Part shown: in pieces, positions 9,338-19,329 of the stretch | How positions within the stretch are numbered: position 1 is the first letter of the stretch | Layout: the number at the start of each line of letters is the position of its first letter | Origin: Pedomonas sp. | GTDB taxonomy: Bacteria; Pseudomonadota; Alphaproteobacteria; Sphingomonadales; Sphingomonadaceae | Direction of reading: 5' to 3' | DNA length: 64,000 bases | Assembly (NCBI RefSeq): GCF_036515995.1 | Contig: NZ_DATBUP010000010.1 | Coordinates: 9,455 to 73,454, forward strand | Notes under the pieces: generated by a model | Told to the model about the DNA's origin: nothing | The model's database searches: none | What the model saw: the letters and a program-made list of their open reading frames with translations, nothing else | Program-made: the position numbers and the translations under genes

Positions 9338-9552
9338 GTGGAGGACGTAGCCGTACGCGCCATGAGTTGCAATGGATCGTGAGGTCTGGCCACCTTGAAG
9401 ATGGTCCGATGCGGCGAAATGGCAACCAGATGCGTTGCAAGGCGCGCGGTAGGCATCTGGTGACGTTCCCTCTATAAGATGCCCGTCTATATGATCGGAA
9501 GCGTGGCCGTTAGGGTGGCCAATGCTTGCGAACCGGGGGGGATAGCGGACTT

Positions 9553-11289
9553 ATGGGCGGCTGGTTTGTTTGCCGGAAGGATGACGACGCGCAGGAGCGG
9601 CTGGCGGCGGCAGAGCGTCAGTTTGCGGCCCACGGCTTCGGAAATCCGCGGCGCATCGAGACGCCTGCCCACACGGGCCTTGTGGTCGGGCACATCCATC
9701 CCGGCCCGGCGGCGACCTACGCCCGGGACGGGGACGACTTCATCGCCGTGGCCGGCACGCTGTTCTATGACGGCGAGGCGAGCGAGGCGGCGCTGCTGCG
9801 CCTGCTGCATGATCTGACCTTGCCCTTCAACCAGTGGGAGCGGGTGACCGGCCACTTCGCGCTGCTGGCGAGCAAGGCCGGGCGGCTGTACGTTTTCAAC
9901 GACTACTTCGGCGCGTTCCATGTCTATGCAACGCCGGGGCACGAGGTGGTGACCACCTCCTTCCTTGCCGCGGCGGGCGCGCTGCCGCGCGTCAGCTTCG
10001 ATGCGCAGGGCGTCTACGAGTTTGCCTTCAACGCGACGCCGCTGGGCGAGTCGACGGTGCTGCGGGAGATCACCAAACTGGCTCCCATCGAGCAGCTGGA
10101 ATTGGGCGAGACGGTGCTGGTGCACGCCGTCACCAAGGGGCTGAATGCCCGCTTCGATCCCGCCGCGGCCGATGCGAAGCGACAGGCCGACCGGCTGCGC
10201 GATCTGTTCGCCGCGCCGCTCAGGACCTTCGGCGACAACATCCAGTGTCCGCTCTCGGGCGGGTTCGACAGCCGCCTTGTCCTCGCCCTGCTGCTGGACG
10301 CGGGCGTGAAGCCGCACGTTTATGTCTATGGCACGCCGGGGGACGAGGACGTGTCCGTCGCTACCGCCATCGGCAAGGCCGAGGGCTTCGAGGTGGAGGT
10401 GTTCAACAAGGCCGCCTACGCGAAGGTGGACCCGGACCAGTTCGCCGAGATCGTGCAGCACAACTTCCACGAGATGGACGGCGTGCCCATCGACGGCGGC
10501 CTGTTCGACAACGGCGGCAATTCGGTGGCGCGTCACAATCGGGCCAGGGGCGGCGCATTGGCCGTCTCCGGCGCGGCGGGGGAAATCTTCCGCAACTACT
10601 TCTACCTGCGCGACCGTCCTTTCCAAAGCCGGGACATTCTCTACGCCTTCTACTCCGGCTTCGACCCGGACGACTGTACGGCGGAATTCAAGGAAACCGC
10701 CTACTTCGATGCGATGGACGCCAAGCTGTGCCGCGCCCTGAGCAGCGGCGACGGCAATCTCAGCCGGGCTGAAGTTGAAAGCGCCTACCCGCTGTTCCGC
10801 TGCCCGGCCTTCTTCGGGCGGGAGATCAGTCTGGTCAGCCGCTTCGGCAGCTATTTCATGCCGTTCTTCGAATACAACATCGTACGGCACACCATCGGCA
10901 TTCCGGTGTCCGCCCGCAACCACGGCGCGTTCCAGAGCCAGCTGCTCGCGACCATTCACCCACGCCTTGCCGGCTACATGTCAGCCTATGGCCACAGCTT
11001 CACCGAGCCCGCCAGCTTCGGCCACCGCCTGTCCGAAGCGGTCAGCCTCTACCGCCCGCCGTGGCTGCGCCGGTATGGCTGGCGCATGAAGCAGGCCGTG
11101 AAGGGCCGCCCGAGCCTCAACCCCACCGGCTACATGGCCCCGGATTACCTGGGCCGTGTCGTTGATCTGGAGTTTCCCGCCATGCGGCGCTTCTTCCGCA
11201 TGGAACACGTGGCAGACATGATGCTCTACCGCCGCATCGCCACGCTGGAGCATCTGGCGGGCAAGCTCGGCAGCCGCCTGCAGAGGTAG
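9553..11289 (+). CDS. Asparagine synthetase-related protein (PP-loop ATP pyrophosphatase domain, no N-terminal Cys nucleophile)
   Basis: PP-loop CPLSGGFDSRLV. The N-terminus is MGGWFVC rather than the canonical MCG. Start taken at ATG 9553; the track start 9526 is also possible. Confidence 0.7.
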   Translation: MGGWFVCRKDDDAQERLAAAERQFAAHGFGNPRRIETPAHTGLVVGHIHPGPAATYARDGDDFIAVAGTLFYDGEASEAALLRLLHDLTLPFNQWERVTGHFALLASKAGRLYVFNDYFGAFHVYATPGHEVVTTSFLAAAGALPRVSFDAQGVYEFAFNATPLGESTVLREITKLAPIEQLELGETVLVHAVTKGLNARFDPAAADAKRQADRLRDLFAAPLRTFGDNIQCPLSGGFDSRLVLALLLDAGVKPHVYVYGTPGDEDVSVATAIGKAEGFEVEVFNKAAYAKVDPDQFAEIVQHNFHEMDGVPIDGGLFDNGGNSVARHNRARGGALAVSGAAGEIFRNYFYLRDRPFQSRDILYAFYSGFDPDDCTAEFKETAYFDAMDAKLCRALSSGDGNLSRAEVESAYPLFRCPAFFGREISLVSRFGSYFMPFFEYNIVRHTIGIPVSARNHGAFQSQLLATIHPRLAGYMSAYGHSFTEPASFGHRLSEAVSLYRPPWLRRYGWRMKQAVKGRPSLNPTGYMAPDYLGRVVDLEFPAMRRFFRMEHVADMMLYRRIATLEHLAGKLGSRLQR

Positions 11290-11435
11290 GTTCGGCGCAC
11301 AGGCATTAATCTCCACAGCTTGACAGTTTCCGTCAGCTTCGGTCTGACTGGGGAATAATCTTGCGCGCCGTGGGCGAGCCGGGGGAGCGGCGCGAGCATG
11401 GATTGTATTGCCCCGGTCAGATGGAGTTGCCCTCG

Positions 11436-12983
11436 ATGTCCATGTCACGCATGGCGGCCCTGTTCGTTGCCGCTGCTGCTGTTGCCTTCAGCGCTGCGCC
11501 TGCCGCGGCGGCCCCTCTTGCCGTTGAATTTGCCGGGGCCGAGCTGCCCCGGAACCAGACCGTGGTTCTGCCGGTGGCCGAAGGCGGCTTGGCAGGTTCG
11601 GCTGCTGCCATCAACGCTGCCGGTCAGGGTGCGCTGGAACAGGCCATGCAGGCCGCAGGGTTCAAGGGCAAGGCGGGTGAGGTGCTGCCGCTCTACGGCG
11701 TGGCGGGCTATCGCTCGCTGCTGCTGGTTGGTGTGGGCAAGGATGCGCTGACCCGCGTGGCGCTGGAGGATTACGGCGCTCGGGCCGCCACCAAGGCGAC
11801 GGGCACGGATGCGGTGCATGTGGTAGTGCCGGAGGGCACGGACGCGGAAGCCCCGGCGCACATCGCCAACGGCGCGGCGCTGGGCTCCTACGGGTTCGAC
11901 AAGTACCGCAGCGGCACAGCCAAGCCCGCCCGCAAGCTGGTGGTTCATGCCGCCAACCCGCAGGACGCCGAGCAGCGTTACAAGCAATCCTGGCAACCGC
12001 TGGCCGAGAGCGTGGCCTTCGCCCGCGATCTGGTCAATGAGCCGGGCAATGCCCTGTGGCCGGAGGAATTCGTGCAGCGCACCCGCGATGCGTTCCGGGG
12101 CGTGAGCAACGTGACGGTCGAGGCGCTGGACGTTCCGGCCATGGAAAAGCTGGGCATGGGTGCATTGCTCGGCGTTGGTCAGGGCAGCAAGCGCCCGCCG
12201 CGCCTGCTGGTCGTTCACTATCGCGGCGCGGGCGCCAATGACGCGCCGGTGGTGTTCGCGGGCAAGGGCATCACGTTCGACTCCGGCGGCATCTCGCTGA
12301 AGCCGGGCTCGGGCATGGAGCAGATGAAGTACGACATGACCGGGGCCGCCACCGCCACGGCAACCGTGCTCAATCTGGCCAAGCGCGGTGCGAAGGTGAA
12401 CGCCGTTGCCATCGCGGCGCTGGCCGAGAACATGCCGGGCGGCGGCGCCATCCGCCCGGGCGACGTGCTGAAGACCATGTCGGGCAAGACCATCGAGGTC
12501 ATCAGCACCGACGCGGAAGGCCGTCTCGTGCTCTCCGATGCCGTGACCTACGCGCAGGTGCGCTTCAAGCCGCGCCTGCTGGTGGACGTGGCCACCCTGA
12601 CCGGCGCGGTGCGCACGGCGCTGGGCGATGACTACGCGGGCCTGTTCTCCCGCCACGATGCGGTTGCCCAGCAGGTACTCGATGCCGGCCACAAGACGGG
12701 CGAGGAAGTGTGGCGTCTGCCGCTGCACCCGGACTATGCCAATGGCATCACCTCCGACATTGCGGACATCAAGGGCTCGGCCTCTGGCCGCGCCTATGCG
12801 GGCGCAGGCATCGGCGCACAGGTCATCGGCAGCTTCATCGCGCCGGAAACCCCGTGGGCGCACCTGGACATCGCCAGCGTCGCCTGGCTCGACGCGGCCC
12901 AGCCGACCAAGCCGCGCGGCGCGACCGCCTTCGGCATCCGCCTGCTCGACCAGCTGGTGCGGGACCACTACGAGGCCAGGTAA
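11436..12983 (+). CDS. pepA: Leucyl aminopeptidase (M17 family) with predicted signal peptide
   Basis: M17 blocks VFAGKGITFDSGGISLKP and STDAEGRLVLSDA. N-terminus MSMSRMAALFVAAAAVAFSAAPAAAAP. The start is ambiguous among ATGs at 11421, 11436, 11442 and 11451. Confidence 0.85.
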   Translation: MSMSRMAALFVAAAAVAFSAAPAAAAPLAVEFAGAELPRNQTVVLPVAEGGLAGSAAAINAAGQGALEQAMQAAGFKGKAGEVLPLYGVAGYRSLLLVGVGKDALTRVALEDYGARAATKATGTDAVHVVVPEGTDAEAPAHIANGAALGSYGFDKYRSGTAKPARKLVVHAANPQDAEQRYKQSWQPLAESVAFARDLVNEPGNALWPEEFVQRTRDAFRGVSNVTVEALDVPAMEKLGMGALLGVGQGSKRPPRLLVVHYRGAGANDAPVVFAGKGITFDSGGISLKPGSGMEQMKYDMTGAATATATVLNLAKRGAKVNAVAIAALAENMPGGGAIRPGDVLKTMSGKTIEVISTDAEGRLVLSDAVTYAQVRFKPRLLVDVATLTGAVRTALGDDYAGLFSRHDAVAQQVLDAGHKTGEEVWRLPLHPDYANGITSDIADIKGSASGRAYAGAGIGAQVIGSFIAPETPWAHLDIASVAWLDAAQPTKPRGATAFGIRLLDQLVRDHYEAR

Positions 12984-13073
12984 GGGGAGCTGGAGTCCGC
13001 CGAAGCTTTCCAGAGAAGCGAAACCTTGCGCCGTTGCTGAACCAAACCGGTGTTCAGCGGTTGCGCAAGGAGA

Positions 13074-13110
13074 GGGGCCGGGCGCCTGCCGCCCGGCCCC
13101 GCTGCTTTTC
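13074..13110 (+). terminator. Rho-independent terminator after pepA
   Basis: 11-bp perfect stem GGGGCCGGGCG/CGCCCGGCCCC, 5-nt loop, then GCTGCTTTTC. Confidence 0.7.
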
Positions 13111-13127
13111 TGGAAAGGCCAGAGGCG

Positions 13128-14816
13128 ATGACGCTGTTCACGCTCAGTCCTGATCTGGTGCGCGGTCTTGCCTGCGCTGTCTGGCTGACCGTTCTCATTG
13201 CCCTTGTCGTTCGCCGACCGGCCTGGCGCTTCGCGCCCGTCGGTGTCCGGCTCATGCTGGCGGGGCTTGCCATCGTGGGCGCGGGGCTGCTGATCGGTGC
13301 GGTCTTTACCATTCTGCACCGGGTCTCGGCCTCGCCGGACCGTATCGCGACGGAAGCCATCGGCCTGATTGCGGGCCTGTTCGCGCTGGCGGGCGTGCTG
13401 CGCTTCCGCCCGGTGGCCTCCGCGCCGTCTCCTGATATGCTCACCGGGGCGGATATAACAGAACGACCGCTAGACCTTGCCGAGCCCGCGCCTGGGGTCC
13501 GGTCCGCCGATGCCCGCGCCGCCAGCGCGCCTGACGAGCCGGAGCCGGCCTGGAGGGTCAACGCCCTTCAGAAGTACCAGTCTGACAAGCAGGAGGCGAT
13601 GACCCGGCTGGCCGGAGGACTGGCGCATGACTTCAGCAACGTTCTGACCGTTATCCTGACTGCCAGCGAAATCCTGCTTCTGGAGCAGAACCTGCCGGAG
13701 AAGGTGCGCCGCCGGATCGAGAGGATGAACGGCGCAGCGCAGCGCGGCGCAGCCTTGGCGGACCAGTTGCGCTCCTTTGCCGGGCATCAGGACTTGCAGA
13801 GCGAGGTGATCGACCTGCATGACCTGCTGCGCTCCGACGCGGTCAGGCTGAAGGCGGCGGTGGGTCCGGACATAGAGCTGCATTACGAATTTGCGGATGA
13901 TCCATGCCCGGTCCTGATCGATCCCGAGCAGATGTGCGCCGCTGTGGCCACGGTTCTGGTCTATTGCCGCTCCACGCTGCCGGACGGCGGACGGGTCAGT
14001 TTGTCGACCCGGTTCGAGACTGTGCCGGTGGCAGATGCCGCGCCCGACGGCCTGGCCGGGAGCGTTGTGCTGACCATTGCCCGTTCAGGTCAGAGACTTT
14101 CAATGGAACAGGCGCATCGCCTGCTGGACGAGCCCTACAGCATCGGTACGTCATCGGTTGTCGGCGGCGGGTTCGGCCTCAGCCTGGTCGCCGGGTTCAT
14201 TCGGCAGTCCGGCGGAGAAGCCGAGTTCGTCGAGGAGCCAGGCCGTGGACCGGTTCTGGAAATCCGGCTGCCCCTGGTGCTTGACGGAGTTGCGAGCGGG
14301 GCATTCGGTGCCGAGGCTGACCTGGAGGGGGCAGAGGTGTTTTCCTCTGTCGGCACGCATCTATTGGCAGAGCCCGCCCCGCCAGCCACTCCACCGCCGG
14401 CCACTCCATCGCCTGCTACCGCATCGGCTGTCCCTCACCCCGCGGCCCCCGTTCCGCATGTCGAGCCGTTGCATGTTCTAGTGGTCGAAGAGGACGAACT
14501 GCTGCGGGAGTCGGTGATGGCGGAACTCGCCAGCCTGGGCTGCTCGGTCAGCGTGGCGGCAACACCTTCCGAAGGCTTTGCCCGGCTGGAGCGCGTGCCG
14601 TCCATCAACGTGCTGCTCTCCGGTCTGCCCCCTGGAGATGGCGAAGACGGCGCAGAGCTTGCCCGGCAGGTAAAGGCATGGCTTCCCCACCTTCGCGTCG
14701 TTCTGATGTCGGCAGACATCACGCGCACGGGCACGCTCGAAAACGGCCTTGCGGTGCTTCTGCCCAAACCCTTCACCCGCGCCCAACTGGCAGACAGTCT
14801 TGGGCTTGAGCGCTGA
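13128..14816 (+). CDS. Hybrid sensor histidine kinase with C-terminal receiver-like domain
   Basis: N-terminal TM helices. H-box LAGGLAHDFSNVL, G-box GGGFGLSLV, a Pro/Ala/Thr-rich linker, then a REC-like domain (VLVVEEDE...LLPKPF). Start trimmed to MTLFTLSPD, with AGAGG upstream. Confidence 0.8.
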   Translation: MTLFTLSPDLVRGLACAVWLTVLIALVVRRPAWRFAPVGVRLMLAGLAIVGAGLLIGAVFTILHRVSASPDRIATEAIGLIAGLFALAGVLRFRPVASAPSPDMLTGADITERPLDLAEPAPGVRSADARAASAPDEPEPAWRVNALQKYQSDKQEAMTRLAGGLAHDFSNVLTVILTASEILLLEQNLPEKVRRRIERMNGAAQRGAALADQLRSFAGHQDLQSEVIDLHDLLRSDAVRLKAAVGPDIELHYEFADDPCPVLIDPEQMCAAVATVLVYCRSTLPDGGRVSLSTRFETVPVADAAPDGLAGSVVLTIARSGQRLSMEQAHRLLDEPYSIGTSSVVGGGFGLSLVAGFIRQSGGEAEFVEEPGRGPVLEIRLPLVLDGVASGAFGAEADLEGAEVFSSVGTHLLAEPAPPATPPPATPSPATASAVPHPAAPVPHVEPLHVLVVEEDELLRESVMAELASLGCSVSVAATPSEGFARLERVPSINVLLSGLPPGDGEDGAELARQVKAWLPHLRVVLMSADITRTGTLENGLAVLLPKPFTRAQLADSLGLER

Positions 14817-15104
14817 GCACGCCGAGGGTTTCGAACCTTTCCGGTCCGGTTTTTGTTGTTCCCGTTTGCGACGGTTTCTATGTTGCGACCTCGCTTCCCG
14901 GCGCGTTGCGCCGGGCCGGAGCCGGGCGTTTCTGTCTGATCGGGCCTGACCCCTCGGGCCTGTCTCTCGGGGCCAGCCATATGGGGCCAGCTATATAAGG
15001 ACCCGCGGTCAGACGAGCGCATGCGCCTGGCGTCCTTTCCCGGGATGAATCATCGCGGCGGTGCGGGAACGCGCCACGGCGGTTGCCTGTGTATGGAGGT
15101 GTTG

Positions 15105-16319
15105 ATGAGCCGAGAGGCGCAGTGGGGCCCAGCGCGCATGTTGGTGAATTTCTTCAGGATGGAAGCCGCAGGTGGGTTGTTGCTGCTGCTGGCCGCTGCC
15201 GTTGCCATCCTGATGCGCAATTCGGATTTCGCCGGATTGTACGACCTGCTTCAGAACTTCCCCATGACGTTCGGCTTTGGAGCCTACAGCCTCACCAAGC
15301 CTGCCGTCCTGTGGATCAACGATGGTCTCATGGCCATCTTCTTCCTGCTGGTTGGCCTTGAGATCAAACGGGAGATTCTGGAGGGCCAGCTCTCCAGCCG
15401 CGACCAGATCACCCTGCCGGTGGTGGCCGCCGCTGCGGGCATGGCTATGCCTGCCCTGGTCTATGTGTTCTTCAACATAAACACGCCCGAGACCCTGAGC
15501 GGATGGGCCATTCCGGCCGCCACGGACATCGCCTTTGCCCTGTGTCTTTTCTCGCTGGTGGGGAGCCGCGCGCCCCTGTCACTGAAGGTGCTGCTCACCG
15601 CCATTGCGGTGGTGGATGACATGGGCGCCATCGTGATCATCGCCCTGTTCTACACGGCCGAGCTGAGTCTGGCGTATCTGCTGGGCGCGGTGGTGTGCCT
15701 CGTCCTGCTCGCGATCCTCAACCGCTCGGGGCAGATGCGACTCTGGCCTTACCTGCTGGTCGGCGCCTTCCTGTGGTTCTTCGTGTTCAAGTCAGGTCTG
15801 CATGCCACCATCGCGGGTGTGCTGACGGCGCTGACCATTCCGCTGCGCACGCGGCGGCCGGAGCAGAAATCCCCGCTCAAGCGGCTGGAGCATGCGCTGC
15901 ACCCCTGGGTTGCCTTCGCCATTCTGCCGATCTTCGCCTTTGCCAATGCAGGCGTGGATCTTCAGGGACTGTCGCTCGCCCTGCTGCTGGAGCCGCTGCC
16001 GCTGGGCATCGCCGCCGGGCTGTTTGTTGGCAAGCAGATCGGCATCTTTGGCAGTTGCTGGCTGATGATCAGGCTGGGCTGGGCGCGCATGCCGTTCAAT
16101 GCAGGCTGGGTCAGCCTCTACGGTATGGCGATCCTGTGCGGTGTGGGCTTTACCATGAGCCTGTTCATCGGCGGCCTGGCGTTCACGACGCCGCTGTATC
16201 TCAACGAAGTCCGGCTCGGCATCCTGACCGGCTCGCTTCTCTCCTCGCTGGTCGGCGTTGCCGTGCTGGCCCTCGCACCCCGGCCGCGCGAGGTGGAGCG
16301 CGCGGAGTCGCAGGGGTAA
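15105..16319 (+). CDS. nhaA: Na+/H+ antiporter NhaA
   Basis: NhaA signature WINDGLMAIFFLLVGLEIKRE and VVDDMGAI. GGAGG lies 6 nt upstream of ATG 15105. Confidence 0.9.
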   Translation: MSREAQWGPARMLVNFFRMEAAGGLLLLLAAAVAILMRNSDFAGLYDLLQNFPMTFGFGAYSLTKPAVLWINDGLMAIFFLLVGLEIKREILEGQLSSRDQITLPVVAAAAGMAMPALVYVFFNINTPETLSGWAIPAATDIAFALCLFSLVGSRAPLSLKVLLTAIAVVDDMGAIVIIALFYTAELSLAYLLGAVVCLVLLAILNRSGQMRLWPYLLVGAFLWFFVFKSGLHATIAGVLTALTIPLRTRRPEQKSPLKRLEHALHPWVAFAILPIFAFANAGVDLQGLSLALLLEPLPLGIAAGLFVGKQIGIFGSCWLMIRLGWARMPFNAGWVSLYGMAILCGVGFTMSLFIGGLAFTTPLYLNEVRLGILTGSLLSSLVGVAVLALAPRPREVERAESQG

Positions 16320-16705
16320 TTCGAGAAAAATGGGGGGTAGGGGGCCGGCCGGGCCCCACCCTTCGCACTTTGTTCGGTGCGCCGTACAGGCGCCTGCCCT
16401 GCCGCGCCTGAAGGCCGCAGCGTTTTGGTGCGGGACAGAAACGTCCTTTAATTTCAGTTAATTGTATTAACCTAAGATCATTTACTTACGGATATCCGCC
16501 AAGCCCCTCAGGTCCGGCAGTCTTGACTATTTACCTGTTTCGCCTTCTCGCAGGCAAAAACAGTCTGATCCGGACAACCCGTTAACCATTTGGTTAAGTA
16601 TGCAGGTTTCTATTATTGTTTGAATATGTTCCAGGGACTAACCTCACCCCACCTGGTCGGGCTGAGATCTCTGGCCATGCAGGGCAGGGAGGGACGACAG
16701 ACGGT

Positions 16706-18712
16706 ATGAAGGCAGGGGGGCGAGGCGGCTTGGGCGACTTCAGCGTCCGGCAGGCGACGCAGACGGCGCGTCGCATGGTTCTGCTCGCCTTCGTGGGACT
16801 GGCCTTCGTGTTTGGCTGTGTGCTGGCAGATCAGGCCTACGTCCACCATCGCTACCGTGAAGTTCTGGCCAGTGCCAGCAAGGTCATCGACCTGTCCTGG
16901 CAGGTTGCGCTGACCGGCCATGAGATGACCGCTGCCACCGGAATGGCCGCTGCCACCGGCTCCAGCATTTGGATTGGCGTTTACAACGGCCTTGAGCCGC
17001 GCGGGGCGGAACTGATCGACCAGATCGTCCAGCATCTTCCGGAAGATACCAGCCAGGAAACCCGTGATCGGCTCATCGAGCTGGGGCGGACGCGGCGCGG
17101 CATCGACGAGCGGGTGTTCGGCATGGTCTATGCCGATGACCTTGCAGCGGCGCAGGCGCTTGTGAATTCCACCGGCTACCGCGACACCAGCCTTGCGTTC
17201 CGCAACCAGCTGGAGGAACTGCGCCAATCCGTCCGCAAGAGCGTCACGAATGAGATCCGCCGGATTCAAGTTCGCTCCTGGCTGGTCTCGGGCGGCCTGA
17301 TGGTGCTGGCGGCCCTGTTCTTCGCGATCATCTGGCGCCGCCTGAACCGGGACATGGGCAAGTCCGAAGCGGCCTTCGCCGTGGCGGAGGCCCGGCTTGA
17401 GCAACTCGCCAGCTTCGATCCGCTCACCGGCATGCCCAACCGGCAGCGCCTGATCGAGGAAATCCAGCAGATGATGATCCGGGGCGAGCGCTCCGGCCAG
17501 CGCCTCGCGGTCATTGCGCTGGATATCGATGGCTTCCGCGCCATCAACGACCAGTTCGGCCATGACGTGGGCGACCGGGTTCTGCGCGAGGCCGGTCGGC
17601 GCATCATCTCCTCCGTCCGGCAGGATGAGATTGCCGCGCGGCTGGGGGATGACGAGTTCGTCATCGCCATCAGCTGCCAGAACAGCCAGGATGCGCCCAT
17701 GCGCGTCGCACGGCGCATCATCGACCTGATCGGCCAGCCGCATCTGCTGGAAGGCATTGACGTGGACGTGCGCGCAACGGCGGGCGTTTCCATCTGGCCG
17801 GACGATTCCGCGCTTCCCGACGAACTGCTGCGCAAGGCGGACGTGGCGCTGGCCCGCGCCAAGGCCGAAACCCGCGGCGAGGTGCGCTTCTTCCAGCCGG
17901 TGATGGACGCGGACCTGCGTGAGCGCGCCCGCCTCCAGACCGAGCTGAAGCAGGCCATTCAGGAAGGGCAGATCGTTCCCTACTTCCAGCCGGTGGTCGA
18001 TCTGGCGACCGGCGCCATTCAGGGCTTCGAGGTGCTCGCCCGCTGGAGCCACCCGACACGCGGCATCATCGCTCCCACGGCCTTCATCTCCTTCGCGGAA
18101 GATTCGGGCCTCATCAACGACCTGACCTTCTCCCTGCTGCGCGCCGCGCTCAAGGAGGCCCGTGCCTGGCCGGGCGAGCCGACCATCGCCATCAATATCT
18201 CCCAGCGCCAGCTCATCGACGCCAAGCTGGCAGGCAAGCTGCTCGGCGCGCTGGCGGACGTGGACTTCCCGGCGCACCGCTTCGAGGTGGAGGTGACGGA
18301 AAACGCCCTGGCGTCCGACATCCGCACCGCCAAGTACATCCTTTACGGCCTCAAGAGCCGGGGCGTGCGCATCTCGCTCGATGACTTCGGCACCGGTTAC
18401 TCGTGCCTCGGCCATCTGGCCCAGCTGCCGGTGGACAAGATCAAGATTGACCGCTCCTTCACCCGCACCATGCATGGGCAGGAGCAGAGCGCCACCATCA
18501 TCAAGTCCATCATCGGCCTCGGGCGCAGTCTCGGCCTGCCGGTCATCGCCGAGGGTATTGAAACCCTTGAGGACGCGAAAACCCTGCTCGCCATGGGCTG
18601 TGCCACCGCGCAAGGGTATTTCTTCTCGCCGCCGCTGCCGGCCGCCTCCGCCCAGCGACTGCTCGGCCGCCCGCTTGGTTATACCGATCAGGACAAGTCG
18701 GCCCGGGTCTGA
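16706..18712 (+). CDS. Membrane sensor GGDEF-EAL protein (degenerate GGDEF, probable phosphodiesterase)
   Basis: LTGMPNRQRL...RLGDDEFVI (GDDEF). EAL blocks EVLARW, EVEVTEN, DDFGTGYSCL, KIDRSFT, EGIET. The start is uncertain (16706 chosen). Confidence 0.85.
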   Translation: MKAGGRGGLGDFSVRQATQTARRMVLLAFVGLAFVFGCVLADQAYVHHRYREVLASASKVIDLSWQVALTGHEMTAATGMAAATGSSIWIGVYNGLEPRGAELIDQIVQHLPEDTSQETRDRLIELGRTRRGIDERVFGMVYADDLAAAQALVNSTGYRDTSLAFRNQLEELRQSVRKSVTNEIRRIQVRSWLVSGGLMVLAALFFAIIWRRLNRDMGKSEAAFAVAEARLEQLASFDPLTGMPNRQRLIEEIQQMMIRGERSGQRLAVIALDIDGFRAINDQFGHDVGDRVLREAGRRIISSVRQDEIAARLGDDEFVIAISCQNSQDAPMRVARRIIDLIGQPHLLEGIDVDVRATAGVSIWPDDSALPDELLRKADVALARAKAETRGEVRFFQPVMDADLRERARLQTELKQAIQEGQIVPYFQPVVDLATGAIQGFEVLARWSHPTRGIIAPTAFISFAEDSGLINDLTFSLLRAALKEARAWPGEPTIAINISQRQLIDAKLAGKLLGALADVDFPAHRFEVEVTENALASDIRTAKYILYGLKSRGVRISLDDFGTGYSCLGHLAQLPVDKIKIDRSFTRTMHGQEQSATIIKSIIGLGRSLGLPVIAEGIETLEDAKTLLAMGCATAQGYFFSPPLPAASAQRLLGRPLGYTDQDKSARV

Positions 18713-18745
18713 TCCGGGCCGGCTGCATCTTCCCTAAACCGGCCC

Positions 18746-19198
18746 CTACACCGGAATGGCGAGGGTGTTCTTGACCTCTTCCAGCACGGCATAGGTGCGC
18801 GTTTCGCGCACGCCGGGCAGGCGCACCAGCGTGTCGCCCAGAAAGCGGCGGTAGGCTTCCATGTCCGCCACCCGCGCCTTCACCAGATAGTCGAAGCCGC
18901 CCGCCACCATGTGGCATTCCAGCACGTCCGGCATCTTGCGGATGGCCGTCGCGAAGTCGTCGAAGATGTCGGACGTCGTGCGGTCGAGATGGATCTCGAC
19001 AAAGATCAGGAGCGAGCGGTCCAGCTTGTCGGGATCAAGAATGGCCGTGTAGCCCTTGATGTAGCCCTGCTCCTTCAGCCGCCGCACGCGCTCATGGCAG
19101 GCGGCCGGAGACAGGCTGTTCCGCTGCGCCAGTTCCTGATTCGTGATGCGTCCGTTGGCCTGCAAATCGCGCAGCAGACGCCGGTCGATATCGTCCAT
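18746..19198 (-). CDS. Lrp/AsnC family transcriptional regulator, divergent from putA (PutR-like)
   Basis: 150 aa. HTH block DDIDRRLLRDLQANGRITNQELAQRNSLSPAACHERVRRLKEQGYI plus a C-terminal RAM/AsnC domain. Confidence 0.85.
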   Translation of the reverse strand: MDDIDRRLLRDLQANGRITNQELAQRNSLSPAACHERVRRLKEQGYIKGYTAILDPDKLDRSLLIFVEIHLDRTTSDIFDDFATAIRKMPDVLECHMVAGGFDYLVKARVADMEAYRRFLGDTLVRLPGVRETRTYAVLEEVKNTLAIPV

Positions 19199-19329
19199 GC
19201 TTCCCTCCCCGTTCTACAATCGAAGAATATGCGGCTGGAAAAGGGTTTAGTCGATGAAAAATCGGCGAGAGGCCGTGATATAAAAAGCACATTCGACGTT
19301 TTTCAGATGATAACGATGATATCACCAGT

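Noticed and set aside
9553-11289. The AsnB-like protein as a lasso-peptide cyclase (McjC-like)
   Set aside because: There is no adjacent transglutaminase-like B protease, no RRE/PqqD-like gene, no short precursor ORF, and no ABC exporter or isopeptidase. The neighbours are housekeeping genes.
14826-14845. GGTTTCGAACC / GGTTCGAAACC, resembling a tRNA T-loop
   Set aside because: The flanking bases cannot form a T-stem or acceptor stem, there is no CCA-proximal structure, and the motif abuts the histidine kinase stop codon.
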